The notes under the pieces were generated by a model. That model was not told the DNA's origin. It ran no database searches and saw only the letters and a list, made by a program, of their open reading frames with translations. Both the position numbers and the translations under genes were made by a program. Shown in pieces: positions 23,801-36,068 of a stretch of 64,000 bases of DNA. This stretch comes from Tubiluchus corallicola (lineage: Eukaryota > Animalia > Priapulida), in contig JAQGDQ010002372.1 in assembly GCA_030141605.1 (NCBI GenBank), positions 1 through 64,000 on the forward strand, read 5' to 3'. The stretch's first letter is position 1. Each line of letters opens with the position of its first letter.

Positions 23801-26498
23801 TATTTATCAAGAATACCAGAGCCATGATGATGTTACTCAGTGTTTCATTATTACTAATAGCTTTATTTTTAAGCCCAAATTAGTTTGTTATATCTTGTTA
23901 TGATTTTCTCACAGGTAAAACGTAGTAAAGCTAGTGAAACATGATTTTTTTTACTTTGGGCATCATGAAGTAACAGTCTCTCACATAGGGCTTATATGTA
24001 CCTGTGAGCCAGTTCTTTTATAATAATTAGTATAGCCTCCTTAAATGAAGCACGAGGCAGCTTTAGTGGGAAAATATTAGTAAAAAAGTTATAACCAATT
24101 AGTAATAAAAGGAGGTTTAATTGCAGTAAATGTAGTAACAGTTTGTTTGTGTATACTTAGTAACAGAGCTATCTGTTTTTTGAAAAACCGGTTGATATTA
24201 GCGAAGTGTTGGCTTTGATGCGTGCTTTAGTAATTTGTGCATGGTGTCATTTGTGCAGATTTGGTTGGTTCGCCAGTTGCACTTCACTCTGATTACCAAA
24301 GTGCACCATTGCGTCTTTCAGATTTTCGGAAGACGAAACAATGGGTTACTCGTTTATTGATTTTTTTCTGCTCAACTATCTGGATATGTCATTTAGAATG
24401 CCATTTAGATTGTCACAGTATCCTTTTGATGAATAAGTTTATTAGAACGCCGTTTGGCGTTGCCATAGAATTCGTTTTGTCGCAAAATTTAGAATAAAAT
24501 TTACTCCATTGTGACGCCACAGTATAAAACTGGCTAAGAACTTATTGTTATTGTGGGAGCAACAAGAACGAGACCGGCTTCACGGCGAATAAGATCTGGC
24601 TACAAGATTAGCTTGCCAGCGAGTAACCGAAAACCAATGAACTGCAATAATTGATGGAAGTTTTGGATGTTTTAGGCGACCGATATCTGGATGGAACACT
24701 TGTAGGGAGTAATTCACATATGGTATGTGAAGTTAAGCCTGACAACGAAACCATTACTCCAACTGAAAACCCACCCGGGTTGTCTACAGGTATTTGTTGT
24801 AAACTACTAAAAAATTAGTAAATAGTATGATCTTCGAAGAACATGCTTTTATAAGTCATAAAATCATCGGATTCGTATGCATATGTTTGTGTGACAGTTT
24901 GTGGGAATAAAACTAACATATTATAACTAGTCTAGGGTAATTTAACGTCAGTGTCTCAAATCTAAAGCTCGGCTCACATGTTCTCCGTGAGTGTGAGCGA
25001 CTAAACAGGAAACACTAAACAGACAGAGCTCGTAATTTACTAACATAACAGGGTAATCATTTCTGCTAATTTCATCACCAAGCGTTTGGGTTCATGTTGG
25101 GGCAATTCTCCTATAGGACCCGATCATTTTACTAAACATAATCATCGAGTTGTTAATCGTAAAACGTTTACACTAAGTTTGAAATAGAACTATTAAACAC
25201 ACGGATGCTGTGCAAATCATGCAGTATATTATTAAACAAGAACAAAGCAAAGAACAATTGTACATAGAGGAGAAAACAATACCTACTACCTACTGGGCCC
25301 AGATTTAACAAGCAGCAAGGAGTATACTCATGTTTATATGTAGTTCCCGATGGCCGGCTCTTCCAGGATGCACCAAGGACGGTTTACAGTCCCAAAGCCA
25401 CGATCCCCTACTGGAATAAGGAGGAGCTCCACAATGTAGCCGATCCATGAGTCCTTACACGCCACAAGTAGTTTAATCTGGAATCGTAGTTGTATCTCTG
25501 CGTCTCCTCTACCGCCGAATAGCGTAACCAGGATACTGTGAACTCCACCACTATGGGAACACTCCACCAATGCTCTGAAAGTTTCAGAATCCCTCCCAGG
25601 GTGGGTTGTCCAAGAGTTCCTCTAAGTGAAATATGACAAGGCAATTACTTCACTCCTGAGTCGTGCTGGTGCTACGTAAACGGTGTCGATACAACATTGT
25701 GCATTTAACTATTGTCTCTCACAGGACATCAACTGAATTTTGCCATTAATGCCAAAATAAAACTCATAGACAAAACGTGTCTCAAACATATGACGAACAG
25801 AAGAAAGGTACCAACTATGGTGACCAGGTAAAAACGGCCTAGATAGACATCCGTTTAACAAAAAATTCGGTACCTGAATGAGGTGGGCAAACATTAGCCT
25901 AGATGGAATGACCTTGTATATAATGCATAGTATCCAATGGCTTCTATACTGTTCAAAATCTTATAGTGATGAATGGCCTTGTATATCGGCCAGTTAGTTA
26001 GCGGTCATGCATCGCATGGCCGTGACAGTTTGTATAATGCCTAATAAAATTTTAAGCTTATTTGCTTGTTATTTAGAAAATTTTGACAGTATAGTGGGCG
26101 TATTCTTGAACATATCTTACTATACTGACTGATACTTCCAAATTATACGTCCATTAACTACCTGATTAGGTATTTTTAGAAAATCGAGTATTTCTTAGCA
26201 TATTTATTTTCGTTTTATTTTGAAGTTCTTTGGCACGTGAGGGGCCATTAGAAAAATGCACAGTAAATCAGCAGCTTACTCTGTTTTTGTTCATTGACAG
26301 TTAGTGCTGTTTAGCTTCGTTTACTATTAAAAACTGATTTAGACTTTAGAAGTGCTGCAAGTCACAAGCGCATAACAGAATTTAGCCATTGTAATGTCTA
26401 ATGTTTGTTTTCAGGTATATTAGGTTTTACTCTGCCAGTGTCTTAACAGTTAATATACATAATAGTATGCGTGATTAGCATATACATATAATAAATAT

Positions 26499-26542
<44 letters not shown>

Positions 26543-27632
26543 GGAGAGAAGGAGAGAGAGAGACATAAATTTTTTTTTATTTTTGGGTGCGTTACATACA
26601 CACTGTGATGGTCCAGTAGGGAATCACTAGCCTAACAACCGTGCACATTGCTGATGATGAAAAGATAAAATTTACTTTTTTTGCCTTTTTAATTTAATTT
26701 GGTGTTCTACAAAATTGTATTTTGATCTCATAAATTACTACCTCTGGTAGCTAGGTCACTTGGGTGGGTACACGAGTATTCCATTGTAGAGGAAGATCTT
26801 TACGTTAAAATTAAATCACTGAAGCCAGACGTTCACGTGAGCAGTGCGACCTGGATTTTTTTACCTGCCGATTGTATGCCATGTAGTACTAGAGAATGGT
26901 TTTCCTTTGTTAAACGGAGGTACGTCTATACGTTAAGTACCTTCCGTCTTGTATCCTGTCTCAGTTTGATGTCAAGACATGTGATGTGGTCCCTGAGTTC
27001 TGGTTCAAGTTTCACGGACCCGAGGAGACGTTAGCAGATCACAGAAAGACGTAACGGTATACTTAGACGTACTTCTACTTAAGTTATTACTCTCGTAAAT
27101 CACCAATTGCTAATTGCCATTTGTTGGGTTAACACCATAGGGATGGTAGACTGTTAATCGGTCAGATTCACTTGAGGAGTGTTATCTTCACGTAGGCGTT
27201 AAAGGAGATCCTGTTATCTTCACGTAGACGTTAAAATGTTTACCACGTTGGGAACGTCGTCTGTGCGACACTGTCATGCAAAAATCTGTAAGCTGTGACT
27301 GTCAGTGTGAACCGTTGTACCGCCAGTGAATACTCAGCAAAATCCGAGTAGATCGCCAATATTCTGGGGAAATGGTTTTCCTTTTTTGTATATTGATGTT
27401 CATTGTCATTTTTTTGAATATTTGGAATCTTATTAAATTTGTTGTAACATGTCATTACTTGCTTATCTTATATGTACATCTTGTGAACATATCTTAAAAT
27501 TAGCATAAATAATTAGTTTACACCTTTCGGCACACGCTACGTCAAAAGGTGGTTTTCGGGTATCTGCGGCCTTTCGCCCGAACAATCACACATACATACA
27601 TACATACATACATACATACATACATACATACA

Positions 27633-27668
<36 letters not shown>

Positions 27669-27846
27669 TGAAAAAATTTTCATGGCTAGTCTATTTATTA
27701 TACTTTTATTTGTTCCTATAGGTGGTGCTGTTGGGTTGGCTTTTGGCATGATACTGTTGGGCATTTTGTTAACAGTGGTAGTTCTAGCTGCATATATGAA
27801 ATACACGGGAAAGCGTTTTGATGGTATGAATACGAGACTTATGTAA
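11834..27846 (+). CDS. 3' part (16 exons, ~689 aa) of a single-pass membrane protein: ependymin/LolA-like segment, SEA-like segment, 4 PAN/apple domains, TM helix
   Basis: Phase-consistent exons: 11834-12021 (GC donor), 13152-13265, 13788-13841, 14117-14249, 14836-14997, 15661-15912, 16292-16404, 16870-16924, 17951-18060, 19154-19268, 20298-20410, 21276-21432, 22194-22315, 23134-23275, 24676-24789, 27722-27846. Motifs include [15 protein letters not shown], four C-x3-C...CxSF..C...C...CxxY/F PAN repeats, and [30 protein letters not shown]. The 5' exons are not in the window. The last exon could alternatively splice at 27823. Confidence 0.88.
12289..13045 (+). mobile_element. Degenerate, internally deleted Tc1/mariner transposon
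   Basis: Imperfect TIRs (CAACTGGCGGCGCAGAAAAATATGCTG vs reverse complement CTAACAGTGGCGCAAAAAAATGTGCCG) flanked by TA. 12583-12822 encodes a transposase C-terminus ([11 protein letters not shown]...[27 protein letters not shown]). Confidence 0.8.
13430..13650 (+). mobile_element. tRNA-derived SINE with conserved central core and (TTA)n tail
   Basis: tRNA-like head with degenerate B box (GGTCGAAAGTTTGAAACC), core ACCAGACTTTAAAAATGGTAAATGCTG...TGCTTGGCGC recalling the MetaSINE domain (from memory), and a 3' (TTA)n tail. Confidence 0.65.
16025..16086 (-). mobile_element. tRNA-derived SINE head remnant
   Basis: Minus strand CTAGTGGTTAAAATGTTAGGCTTGTAATACAAAGGTCACAGGTTCAGACCCC has A-box/B-box-like spacing but is not a complete cloverleaf. 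Confidence 0.5.
18283..18673. mobile_element. MITE with ~30-bp TIRs and TA target duplication
   Basis: TA|CACTGTTTAGCGTAATTCGTCTGTGTGA ... TCACACATACTAACTACATTAAACAATG|TA, with internal CAGACTAATTT subrepeats. Confidence 0.7.
24890..26027. mobile_element. Solo LTR (1138 bp) with 5-bp TSD
   Basis: TGTGAC...GTGACA termini (TG..CA). Identical GTTTG on both flanks (24885-24889, 26028-26032). No coding region. Confidence 0.75.
26604..27590. mobile_element. Probable solo LTR (987 bp) inserted at a CA/CATA microsatellite
   Basis: TGTGAT...ATCACA inverted termini. Flanks CACAC/CATAC (5-bp TSD, one mismatch). Short internal direct repeats TGTTATCTTCACGTAG. Confidence 0.6.
27591..27668. repeat. (CATA)n microsatellite
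   Basis: Perfect CATA tetranucleotide run followed by (TA)n. Confidence 0.97.
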
Positions 27847-29139
27847 ATGTTTGCTGTGATAAATTTTAGTACTTCGAGGTTTGTCAAATCACCGATTTGT
27901 GATCAGATTGATCTTTTAAATTGACTGCAATAAAAGCACGCAAGCTTTAAATTGCAGTCAGTAATACCGCATGAAACGTCTTTAAAATAGATGTAAAGAC
28001 ATTCAAATAAATTTACCTGCAACTAAGTAAAACTGTTTTAAACGTTGTGGTAGGATGTTTCATTCTAGTTACTAGTAGCATGTAGGCCTACTTGTAATAA
28101 CCATTGATCTGAGATCTGTATAAGGTAATTTTGAAAAGTCATTTTCAATATGTCTCTGCATAAGTTAACGTTACACGTGTAATTATTTAAATCACAGTGG
28201 TGGGCATTTTCAGTTGTGCAACATTTTTAATTTAAACTGTTGATCATTTAAATTCAAAGTGCATTTGACTTTATAGTAATAACGTGCACTTTTGTTATTT
28301 GATTTGCTAATGTCATTTCGGTAAGAAAGCAGGTATAGATATAGCTTTGCACGAAGACCTGCATTTCGAATTGATAATTTAGTGAATGTAAATTCCATTG
28401 GTAATGTAATTCGTTGAATTAGGAACTGTAGGTTAATCAAGGAGATGCTTAGATTATGCTCCTTCGTATAAATTAATTTATTTTTAGCTATATTTTCAAC
28501 TATAAACAAAAACATATCAACATAACGGTGTAGTACTGTTAGCATTTTTAAGCGAATATTCACCTGCAAATCTTTCTGTTGCCGGTGCTCATATTTTGCA
28601 TGACAGTGAGCGCTTCCCCACCAGAAACTGGTGTTTACTATGTTAATGGTACCATCAATAGAAATCAGCATCGAACTAACAGAAAATTAAGTGCACAATT
28701 TTAACAATATATTTGCAAAGTTTCTTGCTTAATATAGACATTTGGCTTGTTTATTTATATGTATTTTTTGTTAACTATCGGATTTTATTTCGGACTGTCA
28801 ATAAACAAAGCATTAACTTCAGCGAACCAACATATTTTTTTACTTTTTTCTGCTTATTTTGTAGTGTTTAAACAAGTTTAATATCCTGCGTTAATTAATT
28901 TTTAGTGCCAATCTATTTGAATTTCAAATATATTTAGATGTCATTTCCCTATGCTATTCGGGACGTGGCAAATAGTTGCAATAAATTCAAGTGGCCACTA
29001 ATGCTTAAATAAAAAGGCAGGCTAAATACATCCCACCGAAGCAATTTCAGAGTAATAACACAATTTTATGCCCTCGGTTACTGTACAAGATTAAATATTG
29101 TTTGGTCTAAACTGACAATAAATACCGCTTCAAATTGAA

Positions 29140-29192
29140 CACAAAGTGCGCATGCGTAGTGGAAGCAGACGCCCAAGGGACTCGCATTGCAG
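29140..29192 (+). promoter_or_regulatory. Candidate promoter / non-coding first exon of the Ly6-like gene
   Basis: NRF1-type palindrome TGCGCATGCG (29147-29156) and GGAAG, then a donor-like CAG|GTAAAT at 29192, ~200 bp upstream of the signal-peptide exon. Confidence 0.35.
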
Positions 29193-29397
29193 GTAAATGT
29201 AACATGCTTACTTAGCATTGCATCGCGTCAGCGATGATGGTACATTAAAGAGCTTTACTGATTATATAAGGGCAAAACCTTTTTGATGAACATGTGGATG
29301 TGATATGACAGAATGGACTGATATGCGCTAAATGATTTAAGAAAATATTCCCCAGTCTGCAAATATAATTGATAAGTTGCAGAAAAGAGAAGGCAAA

Positions 29398-29455
29398 ATG
29401 ATGAAAGGAGTTTGTTTCGCTTCCATTGCTCTACTTCTCTGCGGTATTTCAGCAG
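29398..29455 (+). CDS. Signal-peptide exon (probably first coding exon of the Ly6/uPAR gene)
   Basis: AAAATG context. Encodes MMKGVCFASIALLLCGISA followed by a phase-1 donor CAG|GTAAAT. Confidence 0.65.
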
Positions 29456-30939
29456 GTAAATTATTGGTGTGTATATACATATAATGTATAAAGTCATTTA
29501 AGACGATAATATTTTCTTTTAAAAACAAATCTACAATGTACTTGAATTGCGCTGATGTTAAAAATATATGTAACCAGTTGAACCGTTTTGACTGTGTTAA
29601 AAACTGTGGTAAGATTCTGCTTCCGTGACATGAGATACTGTAAATGACAGCATTTGTTTTTCAAATAATTTTTTATAGTAGTTATTATCATGTAGGCAAG
29701 TACTGTTGTGCTTGACATTAAAAGCTCAGTGAAATCAGAACGTGTTCATTTTCCACGAGCGGCCCATAAGTCAAGGCTCTGAAGGGCATAATATTGCCTG
29801 CCTTGAATTCGCCGGGCTTGATTCCTTAGGGATTGCACTTAGCTTTAGAAAATCGAAACTATAATTTTTTAATAGATGCCCAGTCACCAGTCACCAATAA
29901 CTAACTCATGTGTTGCTTTTCTTTGCAACCAAGTACACAACGTGACCACATGGGTATTCTCTTCCGCAGTTATCAGTGAGTTTCAGAAACTTGCAAAAAT
30001 GATTTTACTATCAATTGTAATTAAACATTAGCACATTCAAACCCATTTTAACGCAAATGTAAATTAGTATGATTTTGTAGAAACTATAGGGAAATCACCC
30101 AAAGAATGCATAATAAGACAAAAATGTATCCTTAGTGCATACACAATAGGCCCTGTATTACTACTAATACTATATTATCTTAATGTTACTTTATATAGTA
30201 ATTATGTAAAATATAAGTGAATTTCTTGTAAACGTATACATACGAAGATGAGATGGGACGAGATAAGATAAAATTTATTTTGTCATGGCAGTTGTCGTAT
30301 ATTAGTGATGTATGATTTCCGCAAGACAGAATGATCTATCTTCTTCTACTTAATTTGGCTTACTATGTTTATGTTTAAAAGAAATTTGCTATGTTTTACA
30401 TAGTAATATTAAGTTGGCCTTATACTTAAAAGTCTAAACTGTTTGCCACTAGAACAATATTGGTTTTTTTATCATGACACATTATTTATTAACCACAAAT
30501 GACTCTTATACTGCAACATATACAAAAGTAGGCGTACAATATTGTACGGAATTGTTACATCTGATATATCCTTTATTATCATTTTTGATTTTTCACATTT
30601 TTCTTGTAATAGTATATACGAGCTATGAGCTGTGACAGGGTTATTTGTCAGGCTTGTGCAGCAGGCTTCATCAATTTATTGAATGGTTGTCGCCCTAATG
30701 ACACTGTAAAACTGTAGAGTTATGGCGTCTTAAATCAGGGATTCCAAATCTGATATCGATGTGAGAAAGCGAGAGGAGAGACGCAGCCGGTAATTACGAG
30801 GAAAAGAAAAGCAGCGATACGCGAGTGGAAAATTCAAAGAACCCGAAAAGAGGAAGAGTATCAACACAGAGTATCAACACAATGATACTCGTCAATAGTT
30901 TTTTATTATTGATATTGGTTAAAAAGGGAGAGGAAGCTA

Positions 30940-30983
30940 GAGAGGGAGAGAAGGAAAGAGAGAGAGAAAGACAGAGAAAGAGC

Positions 30984-31030
<47 letters not shown>

Positions 31031-31046
31031 GAGAGAGAGAGAAAGA
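30940..31046. repeat. Imperfect (GA)n microsatellite
   Basis: GA-rich run; explains the ERERER ORF. Confidence 0.95.
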
Positions 31047-33140
31047 GTGTGTTCTTTGTGTCACGATGGAATGATATGCAGTTGTTGCTAATACATAAAA
31101 TTAAATAATATGTAGCGTTTTGCTACAAATATATTGCTCAGTTTTTTTATTCTATTATATTTTTCGGACTACATGACTGTATTTTCTATTATTTCAATTG
31201 TCTTCTGTAGCTGCTCTACATAAGTGACCTGGCCTATGTAATAAGGAATCCGTAGTGTTACTAAATAGTAACGCTGTATATAATGATTTTAGCACTAAAG
31301 AGCTCCGGTAATAAAAACGATATAGTCGAATGTGTAAATGTATCAAAAAAAGCAGTTAGTGTTTTAACAGCTTGTTCTGTTGTTTGCGGGTATAATTTCC
31401 ATGAATGCAGCGCCTCTTGGGACAAGTATTCGCGTTATATACGTTCACTGTGTCAACGAAAACATGAAACGTTTTCTGAAGGGAAATCATGCCGATTGGC
31501 GAATGCTGCATATTCGTTCAACAGAAATTACCGCATGGTTTTATTATTGTTATGATGCACGCATTTTTGGAATTCCAGCTTGTTTCGCTTGTATTTTCGT
31601 GATGATTGGAAATCGCGTTTAAGCGCGAAGCAATTTACTGAATATTTGTGTAAAAAACGTTTTTCTTCGCAAATTCGTTTAACAATGAGGACTTGCTTAA
31701 TGAAAAAAAGACTTCGTTATTTTTACGCTGTTATAATTCGAAACAATTTGAAATTGAATTTAGTTTTACTATTGCACCTTCAAAAGACAGTTTAAGCAAA
31801 TGTGTGTGTGTGTTATAACAATTGCAAGTTCTTTGCTAAGTTGTCTTTTAATTGCATTGCAATGAAAAGACGTATTCGCTGTAGACTTAACACACTGTAA
31901 ACAAAAAAGTTACACTAGATGACGAATATTAACGAAATCTTTGTTTAAATAAGTTTTTTGGTGCAAGAATCCTACGTGTAGAAGTCTAATGGACTTACTC
32001 AAATTAGTTGTCCGTACTTAACGATAGATTTTTAGAAATCAAATAGCAATAAGCCAGTGTTAAGAAACCTTACGATTTATACATAATCAACAATTAACTT
32101 AACGGTTAGTTAATTAAAGAACGAAAAGGCGTTAAAATTGTGAACCAACCCATAATCGAACCCAGAACCTGATGATTATAGGTCACGCGTTATGACATTC
32201 TCTAATTGAATTTATTTTCTTCATAATTTTTGACATAACGCATATTTTATCTTGCTGTATAAATGCAAAAATTGCAGGCAAAATAATTTAAACAGGAGTC
32301 ACAATAAACTTTGATTTGCGTCTACAACACAGCGAATTGCTCTTAAATATTATAACAGAACGCCTTGTATGATGTTACAATAATTTGCGTTTATGGAAAT
32401 TTATCATGAAGCCACGTGTCAGTTGTGGCTAATTAGACCGTTTTCCTAATACTGTATAGCATTCAGTATACGCTTTATGATTAATCAATACGTATACATA
32501 CTCACATAAACCAGCATTTGTCTTAGCACAACCCGGTGCATATATATATATACTAATATTTGATAATAACATATTTAATAAAGATTTGTTATAAAAATTT
32601 TGACATTGTTTTGGTACGCTTACTAAACCTAGCTGTTTTACTTAACAACAACATGAAATTTTTCACTATTCGTTGCTTAAAATTTTATCAAGATTCGTGA
32701 CCATTCGTACCTTTAATTTTAACCTTTAAAGCATTTTGCATTACTTTACTGACTTTTGCAATGATTTTTTGTGTTTCTGTCCAATTCGCTCAATTTATTC
32801 AATTCATGAGTAGGGAAATCAACTTGATGTGTTTTAAAAATAAGTTCTTTGTTTTTTTGTTGTTTTACTGTTTTAGTAGGGACGAAGTGGTTGTAAAATA
32901 AGGAAAGGATTTGAATAAATGAATTATAATTCCATCACTAGCGGCATGCAGGGGCGAACTGCACATACTTGTATTTCTATGTGCATGCTTTTCAGATTTT
33001 CAGCGTTGCGAGATATGTGAGGCTTTTTTTAAGTGCTGATACACTAACTTGTATTACTTTTTCACTAAATTTCCAAAGTTTATTAGTTAAATTTTGGAGA
33101 CACATTGGTAGGGCGCATTGTGCAAACCTAATGGCATTGC

Positions 33141-33370
33141 TCTGTAAATAGAAATCACTATAAATTGGTATCCTTTCAATATTCTACTAAAAAATATCAT
33201 AAAAACTTTACAGTATGGAAGTTAAAAATCACCCAGAAGGAATTTTTCCGGCTTTCTGTAAATAGAAATCACTATAAATTGGTATCCTTTCAATATTCTA
33301 CTCAAAAATATCATAAAAACTTTACAGTATGGAAGTTAAAAATCACCCAGAAGGAATTTTTCCGGCTTTC
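33141..33370. repeat. Recent 114-bp tandem duplication
   Basis: TCTGTAAATAGAAATCACT...TTTTCCGGCTT occurs at 33141 and 33255 with one visible mismatch. Confidence 0.93.
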
Positions 33371-34533
33371 CTCCATCCATTACTGACCAGGTTCGGTACT
33401 GCCTAACTTCAGTCACTAAATCTACGTTGTGATCACGTAAGAGTCACTCAGCTCGAAAACCCCTCTTCGAAATTGCTATACTTGCTTCTTCTATGCTCCA
33501 AGCCTAGTCTTTTGTGATTTTTTTGTGAAATTGTCTTTCTGGCGTTCGCCCAGTAAATCGTGTAGTAACCTGATGAGTATAATGTAATGGATTACAATTG
33601 GGATGCTGAGGTGGTTTACATCCTTTTCGATTGAAATTAGGATTACTCTTGTTGTTTTAGATGAGATTGGCTGGCATTGAGGAATGAATGTAACAACTTA
33701 CGTCAAACGTACATCTGGAAAGCTATTAAAGATAAGCGCCTTTAGTTTAGTTGAGTTCCTTCGTCTCTCTAATTGGTAACTCTGCTGAGTTATGTAAAGT
33801 CCTTATAAAAATTTTCGACTTTACTTTTTTCACTTTCTAACTTATTGACCTCTTATATTTGCTTCAGTGCCTCCATTTCTAATAATTAAAAATTTCTACA
33901 AAATTTAGGTTTTTTTCTAAGTCACGCGCTTTTATGAGCGGCCCAATAAGCTTTAGCTTCCTTTCTTCTTCTCCTTCCAAAAAAGAATTGCAACTATGCA
34001 CAACGTGATAATATATATTGTTATACTTTTCTGGTATTCTACGTTTAATATGAAAGACAAAATAGTACGAAGTTTGAATATCTTATTTTTTTACTTGAGG
34101 TAAAGTTTCCTCTCCAAAGTGAGTAAGACGTCTTCTGATAAATAGCAATAATAGTTATGTAGCGCATAGCAAACCCACCCCAGCACAATTATTATTGTTG
34201 CGCATATGAATATAGGGTAATAACTTGATCAGTTCAGTGAATAATCATGGGTGCTTCATAGATTGGGTGCTTTCACTTCTCGTCTCTTTATAAACGTTGC
34301 CCTCGAGCGTGATTACACGCAATGTAATGATACCCCGGACAGTATAATGCCCAAATGCCGGTTACTGTATGCACTCATGATTGCACTGGATATGAATATT
34401 TGATAAGAGATTACCTCTATATCCATATTACCTTCAGCAGCTATTCCTCACAGCAGACCATAATTAGAGTTGTTATTAATGCGAAACTCTTGTATTTCGC
34501 AAGATACTACCTGGACGAATATGTAGTAAAAAT

Positions 34534-35491
34534 GGTACACGTACAATGACGCAGGAAAAATGGCACGGTAAGAATGGCTCAGCTAAAAGGGCACAAATGG
34601 AAAAGTAGGAAAAAGTAGAAAGTGGTTCTCATAATTAAATAATAAATTAAAAACTTAATTAAAGGCGGGCGAACCCAATTATTGATGACATCACAAACTA
34701 ACATAATTTTCATCAGCAAATATATTCCAGGAGTGTGTTACACGCGTTTGCGAAAGCGAAAATTGAAGTACAGGGCTACTGTAAGATATTCAGTGTGTTG
34801 TACTAAAACTAGGCAAGTTTTAAGATAAAAATTAGAATTTCAAATTTACCGCTGTGCTACGCATGAGCTGTCGAACACGTGTAGTTCGTCACAGACTAAC
34901 ACATCTGAACTGAGAGGTACAGCACCTGTTTTTTGTGCAATGCGATTGCTGATTGCAGGCGCTAATGCCCGTCTAACTAACGAATGGTGAAATGCATGAA
35001 ACAACGAAGAACCAGTGGCGCGAATGTGAAATTGCGTTTGTGTGGTAATAATTCTTTCACGTAAGTCATTTTTGAAAAATAGTATGTTTCATTTCAATTT
35101 TTTAAAGAGTAGATTGTTTTGACCTACAGTTTAAGATTGGATCCTGTTTAGTTTTAAGTAGTTTTTGCGTAATCCTGCTAACAAATCAACGGTGATAAAA
35201 ATATAATCTCCTTGGCGGAGTTAATCATAACCATAATCTTAACTCACGAGCTGTAGTTTTTTGTACACTGATAATTGAAAGGTAAAAAAAAATAAACTTA
35301 CAAACAAACAAACATACATGCGTATAAACAAACAAACAAACAAATAAACAAACAAACGGCATTGAAACTAACAGTAACCCTAACCATAACTAGTATTTTA
35401 TTAACTGTTCCATTTTCTCCTATTTTTCCATTAAATTTTGCGTCTTTTTTCCTGTACCATTTTTTTACCTGTGCCGTTTTTACCGTGCACC
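34534..35491 (-). mobile_element. Non-autonomous TIR element, family A (AAATGGCACAGG subrepeat arms), copy 1
   Basis: GGTACAC...GTGCACC termini with AAT on both sides. The arms are arrays of AAAAATGGCACAGG-like units. Orientation is opposite to copies 2 and 3. Confidence 0.75.
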
Positions 35492-35811
35492 AATGATTCT
35501 TGCTGCATGTCTTTGCTTGGTGCTGAGTTCACACTTCAACGACGAGTCAAAAAGGAAAATGATTACAAAAACAAATAAAGCAGTACTTAGGCACAGCAAG
35601 TGTAGAAAGGAACAGTCGTCTTTTTAATTAAAAATCTGCAAAATCCATTTATTAAATATTAGCCATTTTTAATTAAAACAAAGCAGGTAAACATAATAAA
35701 AATATTGCTTGTAAAATAATTTGTAGTAAAGTACGAATGAGCTTTTCTAATGCGCTTTGTGAAACTTCCTACTTTCTGTTAATCGACGGTACGCTCGCGG
35801 TATCAGGTTGT

Positions 35812-36068
35812 GGGTGAAAAGACCGCTAGTCAAAGGACCATCAGACAAATGGCCACCCGTCAAATGACCATTTGGATAAAGAACCACTAGTCAAAGAACC
35901 ACCAGACTAAGGCCCAATGGTCAAAGATTCACCTGAAAAGACAAAGGATCACTGGTCAAAGTACCACCAAATAAAAATTAGTAGACCATGGAAATGTCAA
36001 ATGAAAAACCATTTGAGATAAGTTTTGTTTTGTGCTAAGATACTTATAATTATTTGCAGTGGTTAAAC
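35812..36068 (+). repeat. Dispersed repeat family B (GTCAAAGGACCA subrepeats)
   Basis: Array of GGTCAAAG(G/A)ACCA units. Related copies at ~42520-42605 (+) and ~43876-44150 (-); the 43876-44150 copy shares the unique tail AAAAATTAGxAGA...AAAAACCATTTGAGAT. Confidence 0.7.

Noticed and set aside
30825-31091. ERERER / SLSLSL / MYVC ORFs (also 27537-27887, 50098-50361, 62883-63252)
   Set aside because: Microsatellite translations.
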